Origin: Acidobacteriota bacterium
GTDB lineage: Bacteria > Acidobacteriota > UBA890 > WLXD01
NCBI GenBank assembly: GCA_965205505.1
Contig: CBDBHB010000006.1
Coordinates: 256,001-320,000, forward strand
DNA length: 64,000 bases
Direction: 5' to 3'
The notes beneath the pieces were generated by a model, which was given only the letters and a program-made list of their open reading frames with translations, had not been told where the DNA came from and ran no database searches. Both the position numbers and the translations under genes were made by a program. This document shows positions 40,261-51,210 of this stretch, one piece after another. Every line of letters begins with the position of its first letter. The stretch's first letter is position 1.

Positions 40261-41028
40261 ATGCAGTCCGAAGAGACCGATCGACAACCCGAATCCTCAG
40301 CAAGAGCGGCCCCTCCGCCGTACTCGACAGACGGCCATCCGTCCCTCGACCCGAGAGCCCGAACCGTCGAGAGCCGGCCGACGCAGAGTTGGCGGCGATG
40401 GCCTTTGCTGATTGCCACCGTGCTCTTCGTCCTGTTCCAAGCCGGTCCATGGTTGCTGGGTTCGCTCGGAGCTTGGCTGGTCGTCGAGGATGAGATCGGT
40501 CAAACCGACGTGATCTTCGTTCACAGTAGCGATGTGCCTTACCGCGCGATGGAAGCCGCAGAGCTCTACGGCCAAGGTCGCGCGCCCGAGGTCTGGATCG
40601 CCGCGCTCGTCCCGAGCGAGCGAAGCCGTGCCCTCGAACGGATCGGCATGAGCTTCCTCGGATCACACTACTGGGAACGTCAGATGCTGCAGCGCTTGGG
40701 CGTGCCGGCGGGCGCGATTCGGGTAATGGACACGCCGGTCCTGAATACACTCGACGAGATCGACGCCCTGCGCGCCGAGATGCTGCAACTGGGCCGCACG
40801 AGCGTGATCCTGGTGACCTCGAGGGCCCATTCGCGCCGCGTACGGCTGCTCTGGAGCAAGGCGGACGACGCCTCGATTGAAGGTGCGGTGCGCTGGGCGC
40901 GTGCCGATCCATTCGATCCGGATCGATGGTGGACAAACACCGACGACGGTAAGGAGGTCGTGCATGAGCTGCTCGGAATTCTTGACATGTGGGTCGGCAC
41001 CGGCTTGCGTCCGAAGCGCCAGGAGTAA
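40261..41028 (+). CDS. YdcF/DUF218 (ElyC-like) protein
   Basis: TM, WLVVED...DVIFV, RAMEAAELY, LGVPAGAI, NTLDE, ILVTSRAHSRR, WW...HE. Start approximate. Confidence 0.85.
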   Translation: MQSEETDRQPESSARAAPPPYSTDGHPSLDPRARTVESRPTQSWRRWPLLIATVLFVLFQAGPWLLGSLGAWLVVEDEIGQTDVIFVHSSDVPYRAMEAAELYGQGRAPEVWIAALVPSERSRALERIGMSFLGSHYWERQMLQRLGVPAGAIRVMDTPVLNTLDEIDALRAEMLQLGRTSVILVTSRAHSRRVRLLWSKADDASIEGAVRWARADPFDPDRWWTNTDDGKEVVHELLGILDMWVGTGLRPKRQE

Positions 41029-41030
41029 CC

Positions 41031-41055
41031 CGTACAGGCCACTAGTGGCCATACG
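41031..41055. repeat. Abutted MITE-end palindrome (footprint)
   Basis: CGTACAGGCCACTAGTGGCCATACG: TACAGGCCACTAG is the MITE right end and CTAGTGGCC is the left end. Confidence 0.55.
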
Positions 41056-41999
41056 TCGGCTGGGGCGCCCGTTCCGCGACCTCGCAGCTGCAGGCGTTGG
41101 CGGAGCGCGTGGGCGCCCCGGTGGCGACCACGCTCCAGGGGCTCAGCGCGTTCCCGGCCGACCACCCTCTGCACGTCGGCATGGGCTACGGTAACTCTGC
41201 GGTTCCCGCGGCAAGGTCGGCGTTCGCCGAGTGCGATTGCTTGCTCGCTGTCGGGGTCCGTTTCGCCGAGCTCGCCACCGGCAGCTACGGCATGCGGGTG
41301 CCTGCCGATTTGATCCATGTCGATATCAACCCGGCCGTGTTCAGTCGCAACTACGAGGCGGCAGTCGCCATCGAGGCCGATGCGACGGCGGCCCTCGATG
41401 CCCTGCTGGAGCTTTTGCAGGAGACTCTGCCGGAACCGCGCGATTGGGGGGAGCGGCGGCGGTTGATTCGTTCCGAAAAGGAGGCGTTCGCTGCGTCCTG
41501 GACCGCGGAGCGTAGTAACGAACGCGTCAGCCCGGGCATTTTCTTTCGGGCGCTCCGCGGCGCCCTCGATCGCGACGCTTTTCTCGTGGTCGACGATGGC
41601 AACCACACGTTCCTGGCGGCCGAGCAGTTCCCCGTATACGCGCCCGGCCGGTTCCTGTCGCCGACCGATTTCAACTGCATGGGGTATTGCGTCCCGGCGA
41701 CGATCGGCGTGAAGCTCGCCAACCCGGACGCGCAGGTGGTGTCGGTGGTGGGCGACGGGGGCTTTCTGATGACCGGGCTGGAGATCCTGACGGCGGCTAC
41801 CTTGGGGCTCGGAGTGATCTTCTTCGTTTTTCGTGACGGGGAGCTGGCGCAGATCTCCCAGTTCCAACAGCTACCGCTCAACCGCAAGACCTACACGGTG
41901 CTCGGCGAACTTCATGTCGAGGGGGTGGCGACAGCGACGGGGGCGGCATTCGCGCGGTTGGCTACCGATGCCGACGTCGACGCCGTGATAGAGCCCTGA
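41046..41999 (+). pseudogene. Truncated TPP-dependent enzyme (acetolactate synthase-like)
   Basis: Frame opens at YVGWGA...APVATT (central domain) and has the GDGGFLMTG TPP motif; the N-terminal Pyr domain is absent and it ends abruptly at VDAVIEP*. Confidence 0.8.
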
Positions 42000-42088
42000 T
42001 ACGGCATACGCTGGGGTGACGGTGGGCGCCCGGTGATCGGGCGCTACCAGTGCGGCACTGCGCGCCAATTCTCGCCGGCCAGCGTTGT

Positions 42089-42418
42089 CTACTGTCCGGC
42101 GCGACCGTACTCGGCGCGGTAGTGGCGCAACCGCTCTAGCACCATTTCGTAGTTGGCTCGCTCAGCCTCCGGCACGTCGAGCGCGGTGTCGCTCAGCGAC
42201 ACGGACATCCACGAGATGTTGGCGTCGAGCAGCTCCAGCGCCAGCTGTGGGTCTGCCTGGCGAATCGATCGAGCCGCGCTGAGGGATACCTTCGCCTCGC
42301 TCATTCCCGAGACCACCGAGTGGTACTCGAAGCCTCGATACCAGCCCCAAACGTATCCGCCGTAGGCTGCGCTGCAGGAGATCGCTATGAACGCAATGAC
42401 GGCGAGGGCTCTTTTCAT
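42089..42418 (-). CDS. Hypothetical membrane/secreted protein
   Basis: GGAG RBS, MKRALAVIAFIAI hydrophobic N-terminus, 109 aa. Confidence 0.55.
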   Translation of the reverse strand: MKRALAVIAFIAISCSAAYGGYVWGWYRGFEYHSVVSGMSEAKVSLSAARSIRQADPQLALELLDANISWMSVSLSDTALDVPEAERANYEMVLERLRHYRAEYGRAGQ

Positions 42419-42602
42419 GGGTCTCCAGCAGGAAGCACCGGCGGCTCGAAACGGGAATTCGCGATTCCGGTAGGTTGCGCAACGATAGTCCATCGCTCCC
42501 TTGCGGCCCAACCCGCATGCGCCAGAGCGGTGGACTGGCGCGGCCTCCGTGCGTCACGGCATCACGAGCGGCTAGACTGGCTGGGGGTCCCCACCAGTCG
42601 AT

Positions 42603-43611
42603 GTGACGTTGATGCCGAAGAAAAGACTCCACGTGAACGTCTCGCTGTTCGCCGCGATGCTGCTCCTGACGCCGGCTGTGGCTCGTTCGACGCCGTCGGC
42701 GCTGCGGCCGCAGGTGGAGTCCGTCTCGGAGCTCGAGGCGCTGCTCGACGTCATGAGCCGGGTAGCGGGGCTGTACCGCGACAACGCACTGAGCTTCACG
42801 TGCGTGGAGCGCATTACCGATACCCGCTATAGGGTCCGGAATCGGGTGGCACAGCGAACGACGCACCTCTTCGACTACTTCTACGTCTTCGAGAAGGTGC
42901 CTGCCACCGACATCATGCGCGTCGATGATGCTGCCACGGCGGATGTTGACGCGGCGCCGACGGCGGGCACCCCTGCTGGGCGGCTGCAAGACTACCGGAC
43001 GGCACGCGGCAGGCAGGACGACGGCGCGGCGCGGCGAATCCTGCTGGGCGACATCGGGTTGCCCGCATATCTCGAGCGCGCCTACTCGTGGGTCTTCATT
43101 TTCCAGCCTGGCCTTCGCGAGTACTTCGACTTCGCCCTGGAGGGTCGAGACGAGATCGACGGACGGCCTGCCTTCGTGGTGCGGTTCGATCCGCGGGCGC
43201 CGTACCAGGCCGGTCTGAACGACTGGTTCGGCCGCGCCTGGATAGACGCCGATCGATACCAATTGTTGCGCGTGGATGCGGTGCAGTCGCAAGAGGTGTT
43301 GGCGGTCCTGCGGGCAGCGGACGCCGTACCGGTGGCCCCATTGGGGGGGTATCTGTTCACGTGGGCGCGGTCGGACTTCGAGCAGGACACGAACGGCATG
43401 CGGTTCCCGAGCCGGGCGATGCTTATCGGCACCGGGCGTTAGCTTGGCGCAGCCGAGCGACGACAACTATCGAGCAACAGCAGCGGAAATGCTGCGTGAC
43501 GGCATCGCCCACGACCGACTCTTCCGGGTTGAGCACCGGTACAGCGACTACCGTTTCTTCCGCGTCAGGACGGCGACGGAGATCGATCTGGCGCTCGCTC
43601 GACCCCAGTAA
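42603..43611 (+). pseudogene. Hypothetical secreted beta-rich protein, apparent +1 frameshift at ~43435
   Basis: Signal peptide, LSFTCVERI, GRAWIDADRYQLLRV, NGMRFPS. The terminal EHRYSDYRFFRV strand is in another frame; ACCGGGCGTT appears to carry an extra G. Confidence 0.6.
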
Positions 43612-43667
43612 CCGGGCGCCACGCGTCGCAGGAGCTGGTCACACTCGAGCCGAGATACACCCTGACT

Positions 43668-44420
43668 TCAACGCGAGGTGAACACGTCGGCGGCGATCTC
43701 GCCTTCGATACGGGTGTTCGGGCGAATCACGTCGGCGAGCGTCGTGGCTTCGATCTCGGCCAGATGGGTGCCCTTGAAGGCTCGCTTGTAGAACAGACGG
43801 TCGGCGTCGCGCAACCCGTCGTGCCGCAGCCGTAGCAGTCGTGGCGACACCATGCTGTGGCCAAACCGGAAGGCGGCAGTCGAGAACTCGGTGCAGATCC
43901 CGGCGTCGGCGCGACGGTCCCAGCCCTGATATCGACCGACCGCTCTGCCGCCAAGCAGCCGCGGGAGAAACTCGTTGTAGGTGATCGCTTGCACGAGGCC
44001 GATCACCCTGGCGCGCGCTCGTGCGTAGATCCCGTCGCCCTCCAACCCCGGTGAAGCGTGGCGTATCAGCCGCGCCTGACGGTTGTGCTCGCGTGCCCAC
44101 AGCGTATGCATCGCCAGCAACGCGACGTTCTCGTTGGCGCGGATGTCGCCCGCCAGATAGAAGCTTCTCAGCGTGCCACCGGCGTTGGCGAGGCCGTCTT
44201 CGTTGAACGGCAGCATTCTGCCGTCGCTGGTCAGTAGCTCGCCGCTGCCGTCGTTGGTACGCAGAGCGCTGGCACGCGCCGCATCCGAGCCGTACACGTT
44301 GGAGGCGTCGATGTACGCCGTGATCTCGTTGAGTTGCTGACGCGGGTTGCCTGCGCCGCTACCCGAGGCCGGGTCGTAGATCGAGCGGTTGAAGCAGATT
44401 ACCCGCGTGCCGGTGCTGCT
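43668..44420 (-). pseudogene. Animal-type heme peroxidase remnant
   Basis: RQQLNEITAYIDASNVYGS, AGDIRANEN, HTLWAREHN, QAITYNEFLP, AAFRFGHS, LRDADRLFY, TLADVI. The N-terminus and a large internal block are missing. Confidence 0.85.
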
Positions 44421-44773
44421 TCTGCCGCCAGCAGGACGTTGTCGGCCGACGGTATGCCCCGGCCGTCCACTTCTCGTTAGCCGGAGGACCGGTCGGAACG
44501 GATCAGTGGACAGGGGCGGCCACGGGCGACGCCAGGCCGTCGGCAGCGGCCAGGAATTCCTGTCGCTGTTCGCCTCGAGCGGGGACTCGCTGCGTTGCGT
44601 GCTCCGAGCCGGCGTGCCGTGCTCCTTTGAATCCGATCGCCAGGCCCGCCGCACTTTCACCACGGCCTGATAGCGGCAGGCGACATGGTACGGTGGCTTG
44701 GCTCCAAGCGCAGTTGCTGCATCCAATAAGATGAGCTCACAAAGCTAAGAACACCAGAGACAAGAGAACGACG

Positions 44774-45013
44774 ATGGGCGACGATCGACACGGCCTGGAT
44801 CGGATCGAACTACGATCACCCGGCAACGCGCCGACGATGGTCCGAGCGGGCATGGCGCTGGCGGCAGTGCTGGCAGCTGTCCTGCTGGTGGCGATGTCCG
44901 TGCTGGGCACGACCGCGACCGTCAACGCGGCGTCGCATCCGACGATCCAGGCGCAACAGGCCGGCGACGCCGCTATCGCCGAAACGGTGAGCGTCGCCGA
45001 TTCCGAGCGTTGA
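44774..45013 (+). CDS. Small hypothetical exported protein
   Basis: Hydrophobic signal-like segment ending VNA-AS; TTGA overlap with the next gene. Confidence 0.35.
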   Translation: MGDDRHGLDRIELRSPGNAPTMVRAGMALAAVLAAVLLVAMSVLGTTATVNAASHPTIQAQQAGDAAIAETVSVADSER

Positions 45014-46608
45014 GCGCCACCCACGACGCGATCGTTATCGGGGGCGGCCACAACGGCCTTGCCTGCGCCGCCTACTTAGCCCGTGCGGGCATGGACGTCC
45101 TCGTACTGGAACGCCGCCATGTACTCGGCGGGGCCGCCGCCACCGAGGAGCCTTGGCCCGGCTACAAGATCTCGTCGGCGGCGTACGTCACGAGCCTGGT
45201 GCCGCCGCGCATCATCTCCGAGCTCAACCTCGATCGCTTCGGCTACAAGGTCTCGATTCTCTCGCCCGACTACTGGGTGCCGTTCGACGACGGCACCGCG
45301 CTAACGCTGCATGGCGACGCCGGCCAGACCGCCGCCGAGATCGCGCGGTTCTCCAAGGCCGACGCCGCCGCCTACCTGAAGTTCGACGAGTACTTCGAGC
45401 ATATCGGCAACCTCGTGCGCGACCTGCTGTTCGTGGTGCCGCCGCGGCTGGAGTGGCGGGAGATACCCAAGTGGCTGTCGCTCGGCCGGCGGTTCCGGCA
45501 CTGGACGGCGCGCGACATCGCCGAAGTCACGCGGCTCTTCACGCTTTCGGGCGCGGACTTCCTCGACGAATGGTTCGAAGATGAGCGCGTCAAGGGCGCC
45601 ATGGCCACGCAGACCATCATCGGCGGGTGGGGTGGGCCCATGAGCCCGGGTTCCGCGTACGTGCTCATGCACCACTGGATCGGTGAGATCGACGGCCAAT
45701 CGGGTGCCTGGGGATGGGTGCACGGTGGCATGGGAGCGCTGAGTCAATCGATCGCCGACTCGGCTCGCGCCGCCGGTGCAACCGTGCGCGCCGAGGCGCC
45801 GGTCCGCCGGATCGTCATCCAGGACGGCAGGGCATCTGGCGTCGAGCTCGAGAGCGGAGAGGTGCTCCACGCGCGGCAGGTGATCTCGTGCGCCCATCCG
45901 GTAACCACCTACTTCGATTTGGTCGGCAAGGAGAACCTTCCTGACGAGGTGGTCGCGGACGTTGGCCGGTATCGCAGTCGCTCCGGCTCGGTGAAGGTCA
46001 ACCTAGCGCTCTCCGAGCTACCGAAGCCGACCGCTTGGAAAGGACCGATTCCCGGGGACCCCCATACCGGGCTGATCGCTATCTCGCCGTCGGTCGAGTA
46101 TCTCGAGCGCGCTTGGGACGACGCGAAGTACGGTCGCACGTCCGAGCATCCCTATCTCGAGGCGGTATTCCCCACGGTGCACGAGCCCGGTCTGGCCCCG
46201 GACGGCAAGCACATCGGGCTGTTCTTCACGCAGTTCGGCCCGTATCACCTCAGGGAAGGCTCGTGGGATACCGAGCGCGAGGTCTACGGCCGCCGGATCC
46301 TTCGCAAGATGGAGGAATACTGCCCCGGCTTCGAGGCTTCCGTCGAGCACATGGAGGTGCTGGCGCCGCCTGACATCGAGGAGCGCTTCGGCCTGCTAGG
46401 GGGCAACATCTTCCAGGGCGACATGGCGCCCGATCAGCTTTTCTGCTTCCGTCCCATTCCGGGCTACGGGGACTACCGGTCGCCGGTCAAGAGCCTGTAT
46501 CTGTGCGGCTCCGGCACCCATCCGGGCGGCGGCGTCATGGGTGTGCCCGGCCGCAACTGCGCTCAGGTCGTCGGTCGCGATGCCCGGCGCCGCTGGTTCG
46601 GCAGGTAG
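45010..46608 (+). CDS. Phytoene desaturase-family FAD oxidoreductase (PYROXD2-like)
   Basis: GGGHNGL, LERRHVLGGAA, GSAYVLMHH, GGMGAL, GGNIFQG, LYLCGSGTHPGGGVMG. Confidence 0.9.
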   Translation: MSATHDAIVIGGGHNGLACAAYLARAGMDVLVLERRHVLGGAAATEEPWPGYKISSAAYVTSLVPPRIISELNLDRFGYKVSILSPDYWVPFDDGTALTLHGDAGQTAAEIARFSKADAAAYLKFDEYFEHIGNLVRDLLFVVPPRLEWREIPKWLSLGRRFRHWTARDIAEVTRLFTLSGADFLDEWFEDERVKGAMATQTIIGGWGGPMSPGSAYVLMHHWIGEIDGQSGAWGWVHGGMGALSQSIADSARAAGATVRAEAPVRRIVIQDGRASGVELESGEVLHARQVISCAHPVTTYFDLVGKENLPDEVVADVGRYRSRSGSVKVNLALSELPKPTAWKGPIPGDPHTGLIAISPSVEYLERAWDDAKYGRTSEHPYLEAVFPTVHEPGLAPDGKHIGLFFTQFGPYHLREGSWDTEREVYGRRILRKMEEYCPGFEASVEHMEVLAPPDIEERFGLLGGNIFQGDMAPDQLFCFRPIPGYGDYRSPVKSLYLCGSGTHPGGGVMGVPGRNCAQVVGRDARRRWFGR

Positions 46609-46785
46609 GCGGGCGGGCAGTGGGCGAACCCATAGTGCGCTGTCCGGTTGACGCTTGCTGCCACCTACCGCGTAGCTCCGTCCAGAGCGACCTGGGCTGC
46701 CGACGGCCGGTGCTAGACTCCGGCGCCGTTGCCGCAAGGCAACCGCGCAGGCGACGCGAATGTGCACCAGCCAAGGAGGTACCGA

Positions 46786-47883
46786 ATGGAGGTGAGAGCT
46801 GCAGTTCTCGAGGAACCGGGCGCCGAGTTCAGCGTCGGCCCCGTGGACCTGGACGAGCCACGCGGCGATGAGGTCCTCGTCAAGGTTGTTGCCACCGGCA
46901 TCTGCCACACGGATCTGTCAGTGCGCGATCAGTACTATCCGGTGCCGCTGCCGGCAGTTCTCGGCCATGAGGGTGCCGGCATCGTGGAGCGCGTCGGCTC
47001 CGACGTCATCAAGGTCAAGGAAGGCGATCACGTCGTCCTGAGCTTCCACTCATGCGGCGCCTGCGGGAACTGCAAGCAAGGCTCGCCTGGGTACTGCCTG
47101 GAGCTGTTCGGGCACAACTTCGGCGGCGCTCGGCCCGATGGGTCGCCGGTGATGCACCGCGGAGACGATGTCGTCCACGGCGCTTTCTTTGGCCAGTCGT
47201 CCTTCGCCGACTACGCGCTGGCCTTCGAGCGCAACGTCGTGAAAGTACGCGAGGACGCGCCGCTCGAGATGCTCGGCCCGCTCGGCTGTGGGATCCAGAC
47301 GGGAGCCGGAACGGTGCTGAACAACCTGCATCCCAGGGCCGGCCAGAGCATCGCGGTCTTCGGCGTCGGTACCGTCGGTCTGTCGTCGGTCATGGCAGCC
47401 AAGATCGCCGGCTGCGATCCGATTATCGCCGTCGATCTGAACGTCAAGCGACTGAGCCTCGCCGAGGAGCTCGGCGCGACGCACGCGATCAATGCCTCTG
47501 ACGCCGATCCGGTCGAGGTGATTCAGGAGCTCACCGGCGGTGGTGTCAACTACTCGGTCGAGGCGACCGGCGTCCCCGAGGTGGTGCGTCAATCGGTGGA
47601 CTCGCTCGGACTCCTGGGCGTTTGTGGCCTGCTGGGGACCTCGCCGCTAGGAACGGAGATCACCCTCGATATGAACGCCATCTTGTTCGGCCGCACCGTC
47701 CGCGGTGTGATCGAGGGTGACGCGGTGCCGGATCTGTTCATTCCGCAGATGGTCGACATGTACATGGCGGGCAAGTTCCCGATCGATCGCCTGATGGAGT
47801 TCTACAGCCTCGATCAGATCAACGAGGCGGTCGCAGCGACCGAGGGCGGAGGCACCGTGAAGCCCATCCTACGAATGGGCTGA
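46786..47883 (+). CDS. NAD-dependent Zn alcohol dehydrogenase (aryl/allylic alcohol DH type)
   Basis: AAGGAGG RBS, GICHTD, GHEGAG, CGACGNC...C, FFGQSSFA, GPLGCGIQTGAG, IEGDAVP. Confidence 0.93.
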   Translation: MEVRAAVLEEPGAEFSVGPVDLDEPRGDEVLVKVVATGICHTDLSVRDQYYPVPLPAVLGHEGAGIVERVGSDVIKVKEGDHVVLSFHSCGACGNCKQGSPGYCLELFGHNFGGARPDGSPVMHRGDDVVHGAFFGQSSFADYALAFERNVVKVREDAPLEMLGPLGCGIQTGAGTVLNNLHPRAGQSIAVFGVGTVGLSSVMAAKIAGCDPIIAVDLNVKRLSLAEELGATHAINASDADPVEVIQELTGGGVNYSVEATGVPEVVRQSVDSLGLLGVCGLLGTSPLGTEITLDMNAILFGRTVRGVIEGDAVPDLFIPQMVDMYMAGKFPIDRLMEFYSLDQINEAVAATEGGGTVKPILRMG

Positions 47884-47889
47884 GGGAGA

Positions 47890-49410
47890 TCACGGGTCGA
47901 GAGCGCTCAGCTCACGCCGCATGATCTTGCCGGTGCTGGTCTTCGGCAGATCGTCGACGAACTGCACCGTCCGCGGCACCTTGTACGCAGCCAGGTGCTC
48001 TCGGCAGTGGCTGACGATCGCCGCTTCGTCCCCGTTCGCGCCTTTCTTGAGAACCACGTAAGCCTTGGCTGTCTCGCCCTTCATTTCATCCGGCTGACGT
48101 CCTACGGCCACCATGGCGACGTCAGGATGCGCCGCGACGACGCGCTCGATCTCCGCCGGGTACACGTTGTAGCCGCCCGTGAGGATCATGTCCTTCTTGC
48201 GATCGACGATGGTGACGTAGCCATCGGCGTCCATGCTGGCCAGGTCTCCGGTGTGCAGCCAGCCATCCGGCTCGATGGTCTCGGCGGTCCCCCGCTCGTT
48301 GCCGTAGTAGCCCTGCATGACGATCGGGCCGCGCGCCATCAGCTCGCCGACCTGACCACGTGGCAGGGTCTGGTTCGCGTCGTCCACTGCCGCTATGCGC
48401 ATCTCACAGCTGGGCAGCGAAACACCGATCGAGCCGTGCTTGTTGAGCCCATACCGTAGGTTGGTGGTGCCAAGCCCGGCGAGCTCCGTCATTCCCCAGA
48501 GCTCGATGAGCGGGCAGCCGAAGCGTTCCTCGACCTCCCGCATCTTGTTGACCGCCATGGTCTGGCCGCCGACCGTGCAGCAGGTGAGCGACGACAGATC
48601 GTAGTTGACCAGCCCTGGGTGATCCAACAGGTACAGATACATCGTCGGCACACCCTCGAATATGGTGGCGCCGTGGTCTTGGATCGACTGCAAGATTTCG
48701 TCCTGCACGAACAGCGGATGTAGAACTAGCTTCATGCCAACCATGAAAGCGGCGTTGAAGATGACGTTGCCGTATACGTGCGGACACGGCAGCGCCGTGA
48801 CGATGGTGTCTTCGGCGGTGCGCACGTGCATGTTCGCCAACAAGGCGGCGTTGATGATCACGCTCCGGTGGCTTTGCATGGCGCCCTTCGGGTGCCCCGT
48901 GGTGCCCGAGGTATAGCAAATCGTCGACAACGCGTCGGCCGGTACCTCGCGGACCTCGAAGCCGGGTTCGTTGCTCTCGACGAGCTCGTTGAACGACCGC
49001 GCATCGGCGGGGACCTGGTCGCCGAAGACGATGATCTCCTCGACGTCGGAGGAGTCCTTGAGGCCGAGGATCGGTTCCCCTTTTTCTTTCGAGGCCAACA
49101 CCGCCTTTGCGCCGCAGTCGGCGGCTACGAACGCGACCTCCTCCGGGGTCAGCATCACGTTGATCGGATTGATCACCGCCCCGGTCTTGAGCGCTGCGTA
49201 GTAGCTGACGATCCACTCCCAGCGGTTGGCGGAGTACAGCGTCACGCGATCTCCGGGCGTGATTCCGAGCGTCTCCAGACCCTTTGCCAGGCGATCGGAT
49301 AGCTCATTGAGGTCGCGGAACGAGAACCTCTTGTCCCCGGACACCAGCGCGGTCTTCTCGCCGTACTTCACGGCAGCGGCGGGCAGGATCTCTCCGAGCG
49401 AGGTCAGCAT
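47890..49410 (-). CDS. Acyl-CoA synthetase (AMP-forming, FadD-like)
   Basis: YTSGTTGHPKG, WGMTE, GWLHTGD, DRKKDMI, LPKTSTGK. Start approximate. Confidence 0.93.
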   Translation of the reverse strand: MLTSLGEILPAAAVKYGEKTALVSGDKRFSFRDLNELSDRLAKGLETLGITPGDRVTLYSANRWEWIVSYYAALKTGAVINPINVMLTPEEVAFVAADCGAKAVLASKEKGEPILGLKDSSDVEEIIVFGDQVPADARSFNELVESNEPGFEVREVPADALSTICYTSGTTGHPKGAMQSHRSVIINAALLANMHVRTAEDTIVTALPCPHVYGNVIFNAAFMVGMKLVLHPLFVQDEILQSIQDHGATIFEGVPTMYLYLLDHPGLVNYDLSSLTCCTVGGQTMAVNKMREVEERFGCPLIELWGMTELAGLGTTNLRYGLNKHGSIGVSLPSCEMRIAAVDDANQTLPRGQVGELMARGPIVMQGYYGNERGTAETIEPDGWLHTGDLASMDADGYVTIVDRKKDMILTGGYNVYPAEIERVVAAHPDVAMVAVGRQPDEMKGETAKAYVVLKKGANGDEAAIVSHCREHLAAYKVPRTVQFVDDLPKTSTGKIMRRELSALDP

Positions 49411-49563
49411 CTCGACGTTCTGGTACAACGGGCACGGAGCGTAAGTCAAACGGAGGGTGGAGGGACCCTTGACGGTTTCGGAGGTCGGAAACTAGTCTCG
49501 ACAGACACCCTGCGTCTCAGTCTTCGGCCCATCTCGAACTGCACAGCACCCTGGAGCGGCACC

Positions 49564-51210
49564 ATGCGGCATCGCGTCCTACCAATCTCTGTTCTCTGCG
49601 CGGCGCTGGTCGGTGCGCAGCCGGTCGCGCCCCCGGCGGGCGCGGCCATCCTCGCCTCCGACTATCCCTCGCTGTCTACCGAGGAGATGGGGCACGTCCG
49701 CCACATGATCAACCTCGCCAATCAGCTCGACGGCGACTGGTCGCTGATGGGCAACACGCCGGGTGGCAACAACTTCGACGCCTACCAGTTCCAGATCGCC
49801 TTTGCCACCTACGCACTGAGCCTGGCGCAGTACCACAAGGTGCCGGCGCATCGGGACCTCTACCGAGACGCGTCGAGGCGGCTCATCGAGAAGATGATCT
49901 ACAAGGACGTCTGGCAGTACTGGGCGCGCATGAGCCAGTACGAGAAACGCGGTGCGGACCAGGACGGCAACAGCTCCGTGTATCGCGAGGATGGCTGGCA
50001 AGGATGGATCGATCCCAACATCAAGTCGAACATCATGTACAGTGGTCACCTGCTGCAGATGGTCAGCCTGCACGAGTCGCTGTTCGACGACCATCGCTAC
50101 GATGATCCCGGATCTCTGCCGTTCGTGTTCCCGGCGATCGAATACGGCGGCGAGCCGCTGCGCATGGACTACGACCACCAACGGCTGGCGACGGTGATCT
50201 ACGACCAGTTCGTTGCCAGCGACTTCCTCGGCATTGAATGCGAGCTCGGCGCCATCTACACCGAGTGCAACCAGCATCCGATCCTCGGCCTGATCCAGTA
50301 CGACCAGACGCACGGGACGGACTACTCGGCCGAGGTCGAGCAGGAGTTCGCCAAGACGATCCACGAGCGGGAATTCATCTCGCCGGAGAACCACACGACG
50401 ATGTTCTACCTCCACGTGCGCTCCGACGAGGTGATTCCGGCGTCGACCAAGTGGTCATCGACCGGCATGGCCTGGAGCGACGGCTGGAACGGACAGGCAC
50501 ACCACGTCTGGGCCCCGCAGTACGTCAAGGACCTGTATCGCGAGCAAGTGAAGCTCTACATCCCGGGCATGTTCCAGGGTGAGCCCGGCTCCGACATGGG
50601 CTGGACGTCGTCGTTCGATTTCGGCTGGTTCGCGGTGCTGGCGGCCGAGGTCGGCGACATGAAGACCGTCGCCACCATGCTCGAGTACGCCGACGAGCAC
50701 TTCGGGCCTACCTGGCGTGACGGCGGCCTCTATTACCCGCACACGCCCGATTACCGAGAGAACTTCAACCGCGACGAGAACGGTTTCATCCACAACATCA
50801 GCCCAGTCACCGGCAACGTGCTGGTGGCGATGGCGCGCCTCAACCCTGGCGACGGTCTGTGGACGCTGTACAACCAGCCGTGGGAGGAGGAGCACTTCGC
50901 GGAACCGTTCGTTAGCGGCGTGGAGTACATCGAGGCTAATGTCACGCAGGCGATCTACGATCGCGAGGAGGCGGCTCTGATCGTCACGCTGGCGCCCGGA
51001 CCGGTGGAAACGGACAGCACCACCTTCACGATCAACCAGCTCGATCCAACGATCTCGTACTCGATATACAAGGATGGCCGCCACCTCGGCGACCTGAGCA
51101 GTGGATCTACGAACAGAGTGGCGGGGATCCTGTGGAACTTCGACGGTACTCTGACGATCTCCACCGAGCTCGACGAGGCGCATAGCTTCGTGGTGGCCGC
51201 CGATCGGTGA
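49564..51210 (+). CDS. Secreted linalool dehydratase/isomerase-family protein
   Basis: Signal peptide; YQFQIAFATYAL, KMIYKDVWQYW, DPNIKSNIMYSGHL and GIECELGAIYTECNQH, which recall LDI DPIEKENIMYKGHL and GIVCEPDNYFVQCN. Confidence 0.85.
   Translation: MRHRVLPISVLCAALVGAQPVAPPAGAAILASDYPSLSTEEMGHVRHMINLANQLDGDWSLMGNTPGGNNFDAYQFQIAFATYALSLAQYHKVPAHRDLYRDASRRLIEKMIYKDVWQYWARMSQYEKRGADQDGNSSVYREDGWQGWIDPNIKSNIMYSGHLLQMVSLHESLFDDHRYDDPGSLPFVFPAIEYGGEPLRMDYDHQRLATVIYDQFVASDFLGIECELGAIYTECNQHPILGLIQYDQTHGTDYSAEVEQEFAKTIHEREFISPENHTTMFYLHVRSDEVIPASTKWSSTGMAWSDGWNGQAHHVWAPQYVKDLYREQVKLYIPGMFQGEPGSDMGWTSSFDFGWFAVLAAEVGDMKTVATMLEYADEHFGPTWRDGGLYYPHTPDYRENFNRDENGFIHNISPVTGNVLVAMARLNPGDGLWTLYNQPWEEEHFAEPFVSGVEYIEANVTQAIYDREEAALIVTLAPGPVETDSTTFTINQLDPTISYSIYKDGRHLGDLSSGSTNRVAGILWNFDGTLTISTELDEAHSFVVAADR

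Noticed and set aside
42162-43466. 434-aa minus-strand ORF
   Set aside because: It is antisense to the better-supported secreted protein at 42603-43611 and has Arg/Pro-rich shadow composition.
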